Source: an uncultured Chloroflexia bacterium
GTDB lineage: Bacteria > Chloroflexota > Limnocylindria > Limnocylindrales > CSP1-4
DNA length: 64,000 nt
NCBI GenBank assembly: GCA_963766675.1
Contig: CAVYBA010000002.1
Location: forward strand, 1,274,806 to 1,338,805
Direction: 5' to 3'
The notes below the pieces were generated by a model. That model saw nothing but the letters and a program-made list of their open reading frames with translations. It was not told where the DNA came from and did no database searches. Position 1 is the first letter of the stretch, and every line of letters starts with the position of its first letter. The position numbers and the translations under genes were made by a program. Of the stretch, positions 10,969-25,132 are shown one piece after another.

Positions 10969-12474
10969 ATGAAACCGCTCGGCGAGTTCGAAGTCTGGCT
11001 GGTGACCGGCAGCCAGGAGATGTACGGCGACGAGACCCTCCGCCAGGTCGCTATCAACTCGGGCCTGGTCGCCCGCCAGCTCGACGAATCGCCGGCGATC
11101 CCTGTCCGGATCGTCCACCGGCCGGTCGTCACCTCATCGGAAAGCATCGCCGCGACCTGCCAGGCCGCCAACGCGACCGACAACTGCGTGGGCCTGATCC
11201 TGTGGATGCACACGTTCTCGCCGGCCAGGATGTGGATCGCCGGGCTCCAGGCCCTGCAGAAACCGGTGCTCCACCTCCACACGCAGTTCAACCGCGATCT
11301 CCCGTGGGGCGAGATCGACATGGACTTCATGAACCTCAACCAGGCCGCCCACGGCGACCGCGAGTTCGGCTACATCGAGACCCGGCTGCGCATCCCGCGC
11401 AAGACGGTGGCGGGTCACTGGCAGGATCCCTACGTCGCCGACCGAATCGCGGCCTGGTCGCGGGCCGCGTGTGCCTGGCGCGAGGCGCATCACCTCAAGG
11501 TCGCGCGCTTCGGCGACACGATGCGCCACGTCGCCGACACCGAGGGCGACAAGGTCGAGGCCCAGGTACGACTCGGCGTGACGGTCAACGGATTCGGGGT
11601 GGCCGACCTGACTGGCGCGATCGACGCCGTGCCCGACGGCGCGATCGACGACCTGTGCGAACGCTATGAAGCCGACTACGACCTCGCCGCCGAGCTCCGC
11701 GCCGACGGCGCACGCCGAGCCGACCTTCGCGAAGCCGCGCGGATTGAGGCCGGACTGCGGGCGTTCCTCGAAGCCGGCGAGTTCCACGCCTTCACCGACA
11801 CGTTCGAGGACCTCGCCGGACTGCGACAGCTCCCCGGGATCGCCGCCCAGCGGCTGATGGCCGATGGCTACGGATTCGGCGCCGAAGGGGACTGGAAGAC
11901 CTCCGCGCTCGTCCGGCTGGTGAAGGTGATGGCGACGGGCCTGCCGGGCGGCACGTCATTCATGGAGGACTACACCTACCACCTGGATCCCGCCGGGCCG
12001 AGCGTGCTCGGGGCGCACATGCTCGAGGTCTGTCCGACGATCGCCGGCGGCCGGCCGAGCTGCGAGATCCACCCGCTATCGATCGGCTCCCGCGCAGACC
12101 CGGTCAGACTCGTGTTCGACGCCGCCACGGGACCGGCTGTCGTTACCGGGATGACTGACCTCGGCGACCGCTTCCGGATCGTCGCCAACGTCATCGATAT
12201 CGTGGGGAGCGAGCACCCCTTGCCGCGCCTGCCGGTCGCCCGGGCGGTCTGGCGTCCCCGACCGGACCTGCGGACCGCGGTCGAGACCTGGCTCAGTGCC
12301 GGCGGCGCGCATCACACGGTGCTCAGTCGGGCAATCGACCCGGAGCCGCTTGCCGACTTCGCCGAGATGGCCGGCATCGAGCTCGCGCTGATCGACGACA
12401 CGACCACGGTGGCTGGTTTCCGCAAGGAGCTGCGCTGGAACGCCGCCTACCACCACCTCACCAGGGCCCTGTAG
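10969..12474 (+). CDS. araA: L-arabinose isomerase
   Basis: 501 aa. The N-terminus [18 protein letters not shown], then WMHTFSPA and FMEDYTYH, are characteristic of AraA. Confidence 0.9.
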   Translation: MKPLGEFEVWLVTGSQEMYGDETLRQVAINSGLVARQLDESPAIPVRIVHRPVVTSSESIAATCQAANATDNCVGLILWMHTFSPARMWIAGLQALQKPVLHLHTQFNRDLPWGEIDMDFMNLNQAAHGDREFGYIETRLRIPRKTVAGHWQDPYVADRIAAWSRAACAWREAHHLKVARFGDTMRHVADTEGDKVEAQVRLGVTVNGFGVADLTGAIDAVPDGAIDDLCERYEADYDLAAELRADGARRADLREAARIEAGLRAFLEAGEFHAFTDTFEDLAGLRQLPGIAAQRLMADGYGFGAEGDWKTSALVRLVKVMATGLPGGTSFMEDYTYHLDPAGPSVLGAHMLEVCPTIAGGRPSCEIHPLSIGSRADPVRLVFDAATGPAVVTGMTDLGDRFRIVANVIDIVGSEHPLPRLPVARAVWRPRPDLRTAVETWLSAGGAHHTVLSRAIDPEPLADFAEMAGIELALIDDTTTVAGFRKELRWNAAYHHLTRAL

Positions 12475-12494
12475 CGCCTGCTCCGTGCGGTCTC

Positions 12495-12528
12495 CGCCCC
12501 GCCCGACACCTCCTCGTCGGGCGGGGCG
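12495..12528 (+). terminator. GC-rich hairpin after araA
   Basis: CGCCCCGCCCGAC / GTCGGGCGGGGCG forms a 13-bp perfect stem with an 8-nt loop. There is no U-tract, which is common in high-GC genomes. Confidence 0.5.
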
Positions 12529-12584
12529 AGACGGCAACGCACATCCGAGCTCGGCCGCAGGACCGGCACGCTCAACCAGGACCG

Positions 12585-12613
12585 TTGACAAGTTACTTAG
12601 TACTCACTAAGCT
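12585..12613 (+). promoter_or_regulatory. candidate sigma-70-type promoter of the TetR gene (leaderless transcript predicted)
   Basis: TTGACA (12585-12590), a 17-nt spacer, then TAAGCT (12608-12613). The GTG start at 12620 lies 7 nt after the -10 box, and there is no Shine-Dalgarno. Confidence 0.4.
12595..12611. promoter_or_regulatory. candidate TetR operator 1 (ACTTAGT-N4-ACTAAG)
   Basis: Inverted repeat sitting inside the promoter spacer and -10 region. A near-identical copy is at 13206-13222. Confidence 0.5.
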
Positions 12614-12619
12614 GCCCGG

Positions 12620-13183
12620 GTGATCAAGAGCACCACCCGCCTGAGCGCCGAGGAACGACGGACCGACGTGATCGCGGCCGCGTCCAGGGAGTTCGCGGCG
12701 CGAGGCTACGCCGGGACGTCGACCCAGGCGATCGCCGAGCGGGCGGGCGTCTCGCAGCCCTACCTGTTCCAGCTGTTCGGGACCAAGAAGGACCTGTTCA
12801 TCGCGGCGGTGCAGACCTGCTTCGCCCGGACGCGGTCCACGTTCGAGGCGACCGGCCGGACGGCGGCGGGGAAATCGAGCGATCCGGGGGCCATCCTCGA
12901 AGCGATGGGTTGCAGCTATCACGACCTGCTCCGTGACCGGGACATGCTGCGGTTGCAGTTGCACGCCTACGCAGCGTGCGACGATCCGGACATCCGGGCG
13001 GTCGTTCGGGACGAGTGGACGCGGCTCCATGAGGCGGTTGCCCGCGTGTCGGGCGCCCAGCCGGCGGATCTTCACCACTGGTTCGCCGAGGGGATGCTCC
13101 TCAACGTCGCTGCCGCGATCGGCCAGCTCGATGAGGCCGACGCCGTCAAGCTCGACCTTGGAGGCGCCTTTGGCTGGCGTTGA
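12620..13183 (+). CDS. TetR-family transcriptional regulator
   Basis: HTH TSTQAIAERAGVSQPYLFQLFGTKKDLF. 187 aa, directly upstream of an MFS efflux gene. Confidence 0.9.
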   Translation: MIKSTTRLSAEERRTDVIAAASREFAARGYAGTSTQAIAERAGVSQPYLFQLFGTKKDLFIAAVQTCFARTRSTFEATGRTAAGKSSDPGAILEAMGCSYHDLLRDRDMLRLQLHAYAACDDPDIRAVVRDEWTRLHEAVARVSGAQPADLHHWFAEGMLLNVAAAIGQLDEADAVKLDLGGAFGWR

Positions 13184-13205
13184 CGGCCCCCTTTTTGCCT
13201 TCCCA

Positions 13206-13222
13206 ACTTAGTGACTACTAAC
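13206..13222. promoter_or_regulatory. candidate TetR operator 2 (ACTTAGT-N4-ACTAAC)
   Basis: Second copy of the motif, 21 nt upstream of the MFS start and just before the AGGAG RBS (13228-13232). Confidence 0.5.
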
Positions 13223-13242
13223 TAGACAGGAGCTTCGTCCCA

Positions 13243-14682
13243 ATGCCCCGTACCCGTGCCTCGGCCGCCTGGGCCTTCGCCATCACCGCCATCGCGCTGT
13301 TCATGGTCTCCCTCGACAACCTCGTAGTCACCACGGCGCTGCCGGTCATCCGGCGCGATCTCGGCTCGTCCCTCCAGGACCTGGAGTGGATGGTCAACGC
13401 CTACACCCTGACGTTCGCGGTCCTGCTGCTCACCGGAGCCGCGCTCGGCGACCGCTTCGGCCGGCGCCGACTGTTCTTGATCGGGTTGACGATCTTCACC
13501 GCCGGATCCGCGGCCGCGGCGCTGTCCCCGTCGAGCAGCGTGCTCATCGCCGCCCGCGCCGTCCAGGGCCTGGGTGGCGCGATCGTGATCCCGCTCACGC
13601 TGACCATCCTGTCCGCGTCGGTCTCGCCGCAGCGTCGCGCGCTGGCGCTCGGTGCGTGGGGCGGCATCGGCGGGCTCGCGATCGCGGTCGGGCCGCTCGT
13701 GGGTGGGGCCATCGCCCAGGGCGTGAACTGGCACTGGATCTTCTGGCTCAACGTCCCGGTCGGGATCGTGGCCGTCGGCCTGGCCTTCCTGCGACTGCAG
13801 GAGACGCGCGGCCCCGAGGGCCGGCTCGACCTCCCCGGACTGGCGCTCGCCAGCGGCGGCCTGCTCGGCCTGGTCTGGGCGGTCATCCACGGCAACGACG
13901 ACGGCTGGACGAACCCACAGATCATGGGCGCCTTCGTCGCCGGGGCGATCCTGCTCGTGCTGTTCGCGCTGTGGGAGCGTCGCACGGCGAATCCGATGCT
14001 CCCGCTCCACATGTTCCGCAGTCGCGCGTTCGCTGCCGCCAACGCGGTATCGCTGCTGATGTACTTCGGGATGTTCGGGTCGATCTTCCTGCTCTCGCAG
14101 TTCTTCCAGGTGGTCCAGGGCCTGAACCCGTTCGAGGCCGGGCTGCGCGTCCTGCCATGGACCGCCATGCCGGCCTTCGTGGCCCCGATCGCGGGCCTGC
14201 TCGCAGGCCGGATCGGTTCTCGCCCGATCCTGGTCCCGGGTCTCGCCCTGATGGCCATCGGGCTGGCCTGGATCGCGGCCGTTGCCAGCCCGGACGCGCC
14301 GTACGCCTCGATCGTCCCGGCCTTCGTGGTCAGCGGGATCGGGATGGGGATGTTCTTCGCCCCCATCGCCAACGTCGTCCTGTCGGCGGTCTACCCGGAG
14401 GAGGAGGGCAAGGCATCCGGGGCCAACAACGCGATCCGCGAGGTTGGCGGCGTCTTCGGGGTGGCGGTTCTGGCATCCGTCTTCTCGGCAAACGGGTCCT
14501 ACACGAGCCCGCAGGCCTATGTCAACGGGCTCGTCCCGGCGGTCTGGGTCGGGGCCGCGGTGGTGGCGATGGCCGCGGTCGTCGCGCTTGCGATCCCGGC
14601 GCACGTCGCCGCCGGGATCCGTCGATCGGTCGGCGCCCCGGCGCTGTCCGGGCCGCTCTCGGACGTGGATCTCGCCGGCTGA
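13243..14682 (+). CDS. MFS drug:H+ antiporter, DHA2 (EmrB/QacA-like, 14-TMS)
   Basis: 479 aa. Motifs LDNLVVTTALPVIRRDL and LGDRFGRRRLFLIGL, with many TM segments. Confidence 0.85.
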   Translation: MPRTRASAAWAFAITAIALFMVSLDNLVVTTALPVIRRDLGSSLQDLEWMVNAYTLTFAVLLLTGAALGDRFGRRRLFLIGLTIFTAGSAAAALSPSSSVLIAARAVQGLGGAIVIPLTLTILSASVSPQRRALALGAWGGIGGLAIAVGPLVGGAIAQGVNWHWIFWLNVPVGIVAVGLAFLRLQETRGPEGRLDLPGLALASGGLLGLVWAVIHGNDDGWTNPQIMGAFVAGAILLVLFALWERRTANPMLPLHMFRSRAFAAANAVSLLMYFGMFGSIFLLSQFFQVVQGLNPFEAGLRVLPWTAMPAFVAPIAGLLAGRIGSRPILVPGLALMAIGLAWIAAVASPDAPYASIVPAFVVSGIGMGMFFAPIANVVLSAVYPEEEGKASGANNAIREVGGVFGVAVLASVFSANGSYTSPQAYVNGLVPAVWVGAAVVAMAAVVALAIPAHVAAGIRRSVGAPALSGPLSDVDLAG

Positions 14683-14699
14683 CATCCGGTTCCCTCGAA

Positions 14700-14729
14700 C
14701 GGCCGGCGTCCCCGTTGGGATGCCGGCCG
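14700..14729 (+). terminator. hairpin after the MFS gene
   Basis: CGGCCGGC-N14-GCCGGCCG begins 18 nt after the stop codon. Confidence 0.45.
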
Positions 14730-15070
14730 CTTGCGCCCGGCCGTGGCCGCGGCCTCAGCTGGTTACTCCACGCGCCGGGCCGTGGCCGCTCGCCCGACGG
14801 TCTGCCCGCTCCGCCGGTTGACGGGGATCAGCGCGCGACCGAGCCCGCTGGATCACCCGGACCGACCGCGGCCGCGATCTCGGCCGCCAATACGGGCAGG
14901 CGAGCGAGAGCGCAAGCGGCGCCCTGCTGTCATCCTAGGCACGTCGCGGCCGCGACCCCCGAAGGGTTCCTCGTCGCGCCGGTTTTCGGGTACGCCCGGG
15001 TCCGGACCCTCCGTCCGCTGCGCGTGTCCCGGGTCGTCGGATTTCGCGACCCTCCGTTGAAAGGACATGC

Positions 15071-17342
15071 ATGAGCCGCTTCTTCAGGGGTCTCGGCCGA
15101 TTCTCGGTCCGGTTTCGCTTCCTCATCGTGCTCGCCTGGCTCGTCGTCACCGTCCTGGCCGTCCGGTTGCTGCCGTCGTTGAGCGATGTCGCCAAGGACA
15201 CGACCAGTGGTTTCCTCCCCGCGAGCGCTCCGAGCATGCAGGCGGCCGGTATGGCGGCTCCCTTCCAGGACGTGTCGCTCGCGCCGGCGACGCTCGTCGC
15301 CGCCCGCGATGGCGGCCTGACCGCGGCCGACAACGCCGCGATCGATGCCATCGAGGGTCGGATCCGCGCCGTCAATCACGTCAAGGCCGTGGTCGATCTC
15401 GGCGTGTCGCGCGACGGCCAGGCCAGGCAGGCGCTCATCGAGGCGTCGGTCATCGCGTTCAGTGCCGGTCCCGAAGCCGAGGGCGTGGTCAACGACATCC
15501 GGTCCACGTTCGCGAGCGGCGGAGCTCAAGCCGGCCTGCAGATCCACCTGACCGGCCAGCTGGCGATCCAGATCGATACCGTCGCTGCGTCCGGCTCCTC
15601 GCAGAACCAGACCCAGGAGCTGTCGCTCCTGTTCATCGTCGTCCTGCTCGTGCTCGCCTTCCGCGCCGTGCTGGCGCCGATCGTGACGCTCGTCCCCGCG
15701 GCCTTCGTCCTCATCCTGGCGGGCCCGGTGATCGCCGAAATCGACCAAGGTCGGCGTCCAGGTCTCGTCGATCACCCAGCTCCTGTTGATCGTGCTGATC
15801 CTCGGCGCCGGAACGGACTACGGCGTGTTCCTCGTGTTCCGCGTCCGCGAGGAGATGCGCCGCGGATTGACCCCGCACGAGGCGGTGATCCGGTCGGTCA
15901 GTCGGGTCGGCGAGTCGATCACGTTCTCGGCACTGACGGTGATCGCCGCGCTGATCAGCCTCGTCATGGCCGAGTTCGCGTTCTACCAGAGCCTGGGACC
16001 GGCACTGGCCATCGGGATCGCACTGATGCTCGTCGCGGGCCTGACCCTGCTGCCGGCGCTGCTCGCGATCCTCGGTCGGGCGGTCTTCTGGCCGACCGGT
16101 GCCGCGGTCCGGACGCACGAACACACCGGCGTGTGGGATCGAATCGGGGTCGCGGCAACGCGCAGACCGGGCGTGACCCTGGTCGCCGGCGTGGCCCTGT
16201 TCGTGGTCCTGAGCACGACGCTGCTGACCACCGGCGTGGCCGGCTTCGGCGATGTGACGTCAAGCCCGAGCGGTACCAATTCGGCCGCCGGGACATCGCT
16301 CCTGGCAGCCCACTTCCCGTCGTCCACGACGAGCCGCACCGCCGTCCTCCTCCAGTTCCCGACATCTGTCTGGGACGACCCGTCGGTCCTCGTCCGGGCG
16401 CAGAGTGGCCTGTCGAGCCTGACGGAGTTCAGCGGCCTCGTCGGCCCGCTCAATCCCAACGGGATCCCGCTGACCACCGACCAGCTGACGTCCCTCCACG
16501 CCGCGCTCGGTCCGGCCCGCCAGCTGCCGGTCGAGCCGGCGACGACGGCCGTCCCCGCGCAGCTCTACAACGCCTACCGATCTACCGGCCAGCTGATCAG
16601 CCCCGACGGCCGGACCGTCCAGTTCTCGGTCGCCTATGCGAATGGCGACGCCTCGAGCCCGGCCGTCCTCGACGCCGTGCCCGCGATGCGCGCCGACGTC
16701 GATCGGGTCGCCGCGGCCGCCGGGGCGTCGGCCGACGGGGTGTTCGGCCAGGTCGCGTTCGCCGCGGACGTCAGTCACATCTCGGGCACCGACCTCGTCC
16801 GGATCATCCCCGTCGTCGCGTTGCTGATCGCGCTGTTGCTGGCGATCGTCCTGCGCAGCCTCGTCGCACCGCTCTACCTCGTCGCGAGCATCGTGCTGTC
16901 GTACGGGGCGGCGCTCGGGCTGGTCGGGATCGTGTTCGTCCACCTCGGCGGCCAGGACGGGATCAGCTTCATCCTGCCGTTCCTGATGTTCGTGTTCCTG
17001 ATGGCGCTCGGCTCGGACTACAACATCCTGATCATGAGCCGGATCCGCGAGGAGGCCCACCAGCTCCCGCTCCGGGATGCGGTGGCGCGCGCGATCGGCC
17101 GGACGGGCAGCACGATCACGACGGCCGGGGTCATCCTCGGCGGCACCTTCGCCGTCCTGGCGGTCGCCGGCGGCTCGTCCGGTGGCGGCCAGATCCAGCA
17201 GATCGGCTACGGCGTGGCCGCGGGCGTGCTGATGGATACGTTCCTGCTGCGTTCGCTGCTGGTGCCCTCGCTGGTGGTCCTGCTCGGACGATGGAACTGG
17301 TGGCCGTCACACCTGGCCCGGACGCAGCTGGCCGACGACTGA
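15071..17342 (+). pseudogene. MMPL/RND-superfamily membrane transporter with a single-base frame break (pseudogene or assembly indel)
   Basis: The N-terminal 223 codons are in frame 2 (MSRFFRGLGRFSVRFRFLIVLAWLV ... LAGPVIAE). The plausible continuation STKVGVQVSSITQLLLIVLILGAGTDYGVFLVFRVREE... is in frame 0. The span is 2272 nt (3n+1). Deleting one A of the AAA run at 15738-15740 restores a 756-aa MMPL protein. Confidence 0.75.
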
Positions 17343-17390
17343 CGAGGCGCGGCTCGTGAGGCTCGGTGATCGACGGTCGATCCGGACCGC

Positions 17391-18710
17391 GTGAGCGACG
17401 ACATGGCCTCGCCGCGGTTCGCCGGGATCGGCCGGTTCCATCGGGATGCTCGGCTGTTCCTCGTCACGACGCTCGTCGCCGGGGCGGCGATGAGCCTGTA
17501 CTACATCGACTTCAACCTCTACCTGCGGTCGCTCGGGCTGTCGTACGCGACCATCGGCGTCGTCTCGACGATCGCCAATGTCGCCGGCGCCATCGCGGCC
17601 TTCCCGTCGAGCGCGGCGTCCGACCGGTTCGGGCGGCGGGCGATCATCGCGGCCGGGATCGCGCTCGGGCTCGTCGCCCTCGGCGGGCTACTCCTGTCCG
17701 AGGTGCTGCCGATGATTGTGATCTTCGCCGCGTTCTGGTCGATCGGGCAGCAGGCATTCCAGGTCGTCCAGTCGCCGTTCCTGACCGAGCACAGCGAACC
17801 CGAGCACCGGAACGAGCTGTTCGCCACCCAGTTCGCGATCCAGAACGTGACGAACGTGGTGGCGGCCGTCCTCGGCGGGATCGGCGCGGCGGCCATAGCG
17901 GGGCTCATCGGGCTCGATCCGGCGGGGTCGGGGACCTATCGGATCATCCTGGTCATCATGGCCGCGCTGCTGACCGCGTCATTGGCCAGCGTGGCGCTCC
18001 TGACCGACGATCGACCACGGACGCTGACCGGCATCCGGATTGCCACGTCCGGCGAACCCGCGGCCTTCCCGCCCGACCCACGACGCCGGCGCGCGATCTT
18101 CGGGATCGTCGTCCGTGACCGCCGTCGCTTCCTGCGACTCATCTTCCCCGGGTTCCTGATCTCGCTCGGTGCCGGCCAGGTGATTCCGTTCCTCAACCTG
18201 TTCGTCCAACGCAAGTTCGGCCTGGACCTCACATCGCTCAACGCCGTGTTCGCGTTCACCAGCCTCGGCACCGTGGCGGCGATCCTCGCCCAACCGTCGC
18301 TCGCGCGGCGCTACGGCCAGATCACGTCGGTCGTGATCGTCCAGGCGGCGAGCATCCCGTTCCTTGCGGTGCTCGGGTTCTCGCCCATCCTGTGGATGGT
18401 CATCCTGGCGATGGCTGTCCGCAGCTCGCTGATGAACGCGGGCAACCCGATCTTCAGCGCCTTCGCGATGGAGCGGGTCAGCCCGGCGGAACGGGCCACC
18501 CTGTCGGCCGCAACCACCGTCCTGTGGCTGATCGGTTGGGTGGTCGGCGGCGTGTATTACACCGTGCTCCAGGCCGTCCTCGGGTTCGACGCCGGCTACA
18601 CCGTCAACTTCGTGACGATCATCACCCTGTACTCGATCGCCACGAGCCTCTACTGGGCCTGGTTCGGCCGAGCCGATCCCGCCCGGCTGGCGGGGCGCGC
18701 ACCGGCCTGA
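17391..18710 (+). CDS. MFS transporter
   Basis: 439 aa, 12 predicted TM segments, motif SDRFGRRAIIAAG. Substrate unknown. Confidence 0.8.
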   Translation: MSDDMASPRFAGIGRFHRDARLFLVTTLVAGAAMSLYYIDFNLYLRSLGLSYATIGVVSTIANVAGAIAAFPSSAASDRFGRRAIIAAGIALGLVALGGLLLSEVLPMIVIFAAFWSIGQQAFQVVQSPFLTEHSEPEHRNELFATQFAIQNVTNVVAAVLGGIGAAAIAGLIGLDPAGSGTYRIILVIMAALLTASLASVALLTDDRPRTLTGIRIATSGEPAAFPPDPRRRRAIFGIVVRDRRRFLRLIFPGFLISLGAGQVIPFLNLFVQRKFGLDLTSLNAVFAFTSLGTVAAILAQPSLARRYGQITSVVIVQAASIPFLAVLGFSPILWMVILAMAVRSSLMNAGNPIFSAFAMERVSPAERATLSAATTVLWLIGWVVGGVYYTVLQAVLGFDAGYTVNFVTIITLYSIATSLYWAWFGRADPARLAGRAPA

Positions 18711-18753
18711 CGCCGTTGGCCGTCGGCGGTCGGTCGGACCGGGCAGGCCGAGC

Positions 18754-20244
18754 TCAGGACAGGGTCCGCAGGCCGGGCCACAGCTGGGTCCACGGGGCCT
18801 GCAGCCCGCTGCACACCGACACGACCTTGCCCTGTTCAGCGTTCTCGATGCCGAGACCGTTGTCGATGATCGCGACGTCGCGACACCCCACGAAGAACGG
18901 GTGCCAGTCCTCGGGTCGCCAGTCACCGACATGGATGACCACGGTGCGATCGGCGGGCGGTGGACCCCACGCCCAATACCCGTTGTGACCCGAATAGACG
19001 GGCGGCAGTCCCGTGCCGAGCAGCACGAGCGGGCTGGCCTCGCTGTAGTCGTTGGTCAGGATGACGGCGCGGGACCGCTGATCGGCCGGCAGCGAGGCCA
19101 CGACACCCTCCACGGTGGCCACGAACTGCGGCCAGCCGACCTCGTTGGCGGTGTCGGGGACGGCCGCCGGGAGACCCGACGTCGCATACGTGGTAAGCGG
19201 CAGCACCGGCAGCGTGAGAAGCGCGATGAGCGTGCCTGACAGCCCCGCGGCCGTGCCGAAACCGGCCGCCTTGACACGGACGTGACCGCGCTCCAGCCAG
19301 CGGTCGACCAGGATCGCGCCAGCAGCCATGAACAGGGGCACGCTGCCGATCGCGTAGTAGGCCTTGCCCCCGCTGGCGAACACGAGGGCGAGCGCGACGA
19401 GCGCGGCAATCCCGAGCGCCCGCCATGGCGCGGCCGCCTTCGAGACGAGCACCCAGGCGAGCCCGGCGCCGCTGACCGGGAAGAGCAGCGGCCCGCTGAA
19501 GAGCCAGAGGAGCGGAACGACCTGGGCGCGATTGTCGCCGGCGTACCCGGAGATGGCCTGGGCCATCGCGAGCTGGGGCCAGCCATTGGCCGCCTGCCAG
19601 GCGAGGTTCGGTGCCCACAGCAGGACGGCGACCCCGATGGCCGCCCACGCCCACGGTGAGCGCACGATGTCCCATCGTCGGGCCAGCACGAGCCCGACGG
19701 CCAACCCCGCCCCGAGGAAGAGGAGGGTGTCCTTGTTCTCGAGCCCGATCCCGGTCGTGACGCCCAACGCGAGCCAGAGGCGACGGTCGCCGCCGGCGAG
19801 GAGCTTCACCAGGAGCCACACGAGGATCGCCCACGCCAGCAGGTCGGGATCGGTGGTGGTGTCGAGGTGCCCGGCACCCAGATAGCCGGACAGCGCGGCC
19901 GTGATCGCCGCAAGCAGCTGTGCCCGTCGCGACCCGCCAAGGTCACCCGCGACGAGGGCGACCAGCACGACGATCAGCCCCATCTCGAGCGCCGGGAGGA
20001 GGCGAACGGCGGTCGGCGAGACACCGAGCAGCGCGACCGAGGCGGCCGACAGCAACGGCGTCAGCGGCGGTTGATCGACGTAGCCGAACGCCGGGTGCTG
20101 TCCGGCGACGACGAAGTACATCTCGTCGCCGTGGAACCCGTAGTCGCCCGACAGCGCCAGCAATGTGACGACCACGATCGCGGCAACGAGGAGGACCGCC
20201 CACGGCACCGCGACGGATGGTCGGAGACGTGGCGGCCTCATGAT
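18754..20244 (-). CDS. GT39/ArnT-like membrane glycosyltransferase
   Basis: Polytopic protein with the N-terminal loop FHGDEMYFVVAGQHPAFGYVDQPPLTPLL typical of PMT/ArnT-type (GT-C) enzymes. Start at ATG 20244 or upstream at 20286. Confidence 0.75.
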   Translation of the reverse strand: MMRPPRLRPSVAVPWAVLLVAAIVVVTLLALSGDYGFHGDEMYFVVAGQHPAFGYVDQPPLTPLLSAASVALLGVSPTAVRLLPALEMGLIVVLVALVAGDLGGSRRAQLLAAITAALSGYLGAGHLDTTTDPDLLAWAILVWLLVKLLAGGDRRLWLALGVTTGIGLENKDTLLFLGAGLAVGLVLARRWDIVRSPWAWAAIGVAVLLWAPNLAWQAANGWPQLAMAQAISGYAGDNRAQVVPLLWLFSGPLLFPVSGAGLAWVLVSKAAAPWRALGIAALVALALVFASGGKAYYAIGSVPLFMAAGAILVDRWLERGHVRVKAAGFGTAAGLSGTLIALLTLPVLPLTTYATSGLPAAVPDTANEVGWPQFVATVEGVVASLPADQRSRAVILTNDYSEASPLVLLGTGLPPVYSGHNGYWAWGPPPADRTVVIHVGDWRPEDWHPFFVGCRDVAIIDNGLGIENAEQGKVVSVCSGLQAPWTQLWPGLRTLS

Positions 20245-20290
20245 CGCCTCCCGCGGGCGCCGTGCCGGACGTCGAGCCGGCGGCATTCGA

Positions 20291-21312
20291 TCAGGACGCC
20301 GTGAGCTCTCGCGGCGTCGTCCAGGATCGGATCGTGGCCATGTAATTCGCGCGCTCGAAGGCCCCCGGGTCCTCGGCGGTCGCCGCGCTCGCGCTCCCGC
20401 GCAGCTGGTCGACCGAGACGTACTCGTGCTCGGACAACCAGGCGCGCAGGCCCGCTTCCACCGTGGCGGCGTGCTCGGACCCGTGGCGGAGCAGGGCGGA
20501 CGTCATCATCACGACGTCCGCGCCGACCATCAGGGCCTTGACCGCGTCGGTTCCGGAGTGGACGCCCGACGTGGCCGCCAGCGAGACGCCGGCCGCCAGC
20601 CGTGGCCGGAGTAGCGCGATCCAGCGGACCGGCAGCCGCAGCTCCCAGGAGTGGCTGAGCTCGAGAGCCGGAACCACGTCGAACGTTTCGAGATCGAGAT
20701 CCGGCTGGTAGAACCGGTTGAACAGGACGAGCCCATCTGCGCCCGCCTGCACGGCGGCCGCCGCGAAGTTGGCGAACGACGAGTAGTACGGGCTCAGCTT
20801 GACGGCGAGCGGGATGGTCACCGCGGCGCGTACGGCCGCGATGAGAGCGAGGTCGGTGGCCTCCACCTGCGCCGCGGTCCGGTTGGGGTCCGCGGCGACG
20901 TGATACAGGTTCAGCTCGAGCGCGTCGGCGCCGGCATCCTGCATCCGGGTGGCGTAATGGACCCAGCCGCCGGTCGTCTGCGCGTTCAGGCTGGCGACGA
21001 TGGGAACGCCCGCCTTGGCCTTGACCCGTTCCAGGGCCAGCAGGTAGCGGTCGGCGGCGCTCATGAACGAGTCGACCGCGGGGAAGTAGTCGATCGCCTC
21101 GACGAAGGCCTCGGTGCCCTGCTCGAGCGACCGGTTGAGGCCGATCTCCTCGGCCAGGATCTCCTCCTCGAAGAGCGACGGCAGGACGATCGCCCCGACG
21201 CCGGCGCGCTCGAGGCGGCCGGCCGTGTCGGGCTGGTTATTGTGCGGCGCCGCCGAGGCGACGATCGGCGAGCGGAGGGTCAGCCCGAGGTATCGGGTGG
21301 TCAGATCGACGG

Positions 21313-21316
<4 letters not shown>
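20291..21316 (-). CDS. dihydroorotate-dehydrogenase-like (class 1 DHOD/DPD-type TIM-barrel flavoprotein)
   Basis: 341 aa starting MTVDLTTRYLGLTLRSPIVASAAP. Motifs LELNLYHV, KLSPYYS, LVLFNRF, ATSGVHSG. Its ATG overlaps the PFOR stop (ATGA at 21313-21316). Confidence 0.8.
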
Positions 21317-24963
<3,647 letters not shown>

Positions 24964-25132
24964 ACGGACTCCCTTTGCCGGGGCGCGCTGTGCGTCGGGG
25001 ACGGACGGCGGCACGCAAGTCGGGGACGTCGGTAGTGGCGCCGGAAAATCGTCCGGCAACCGGTACCCAGCGGAATGATGCCACTCATCGCCCAACCGGG
25101 CGGAGTGCCGTTTGGCGTTCCGGCCCGGGCCA

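Noticed and set aside
14683-15070. 390-nt ORF-free spacer before the MMPL gene, with perfect GC palindromes GTCGCGGCCGCGAC (14943-14956) and GGGTCCGGACCC (14998-15009). Considered as an sRNA, riboswitch or operator.
   Set aside because: By a rough estimate, about ten perfect 14-bp GC-rich palindromes are expected by chance in 64 kb of this composition. I could not match the region to any riboswitch consensus I know. It is worth an Rfam scan but is not supportable from sequence alone.
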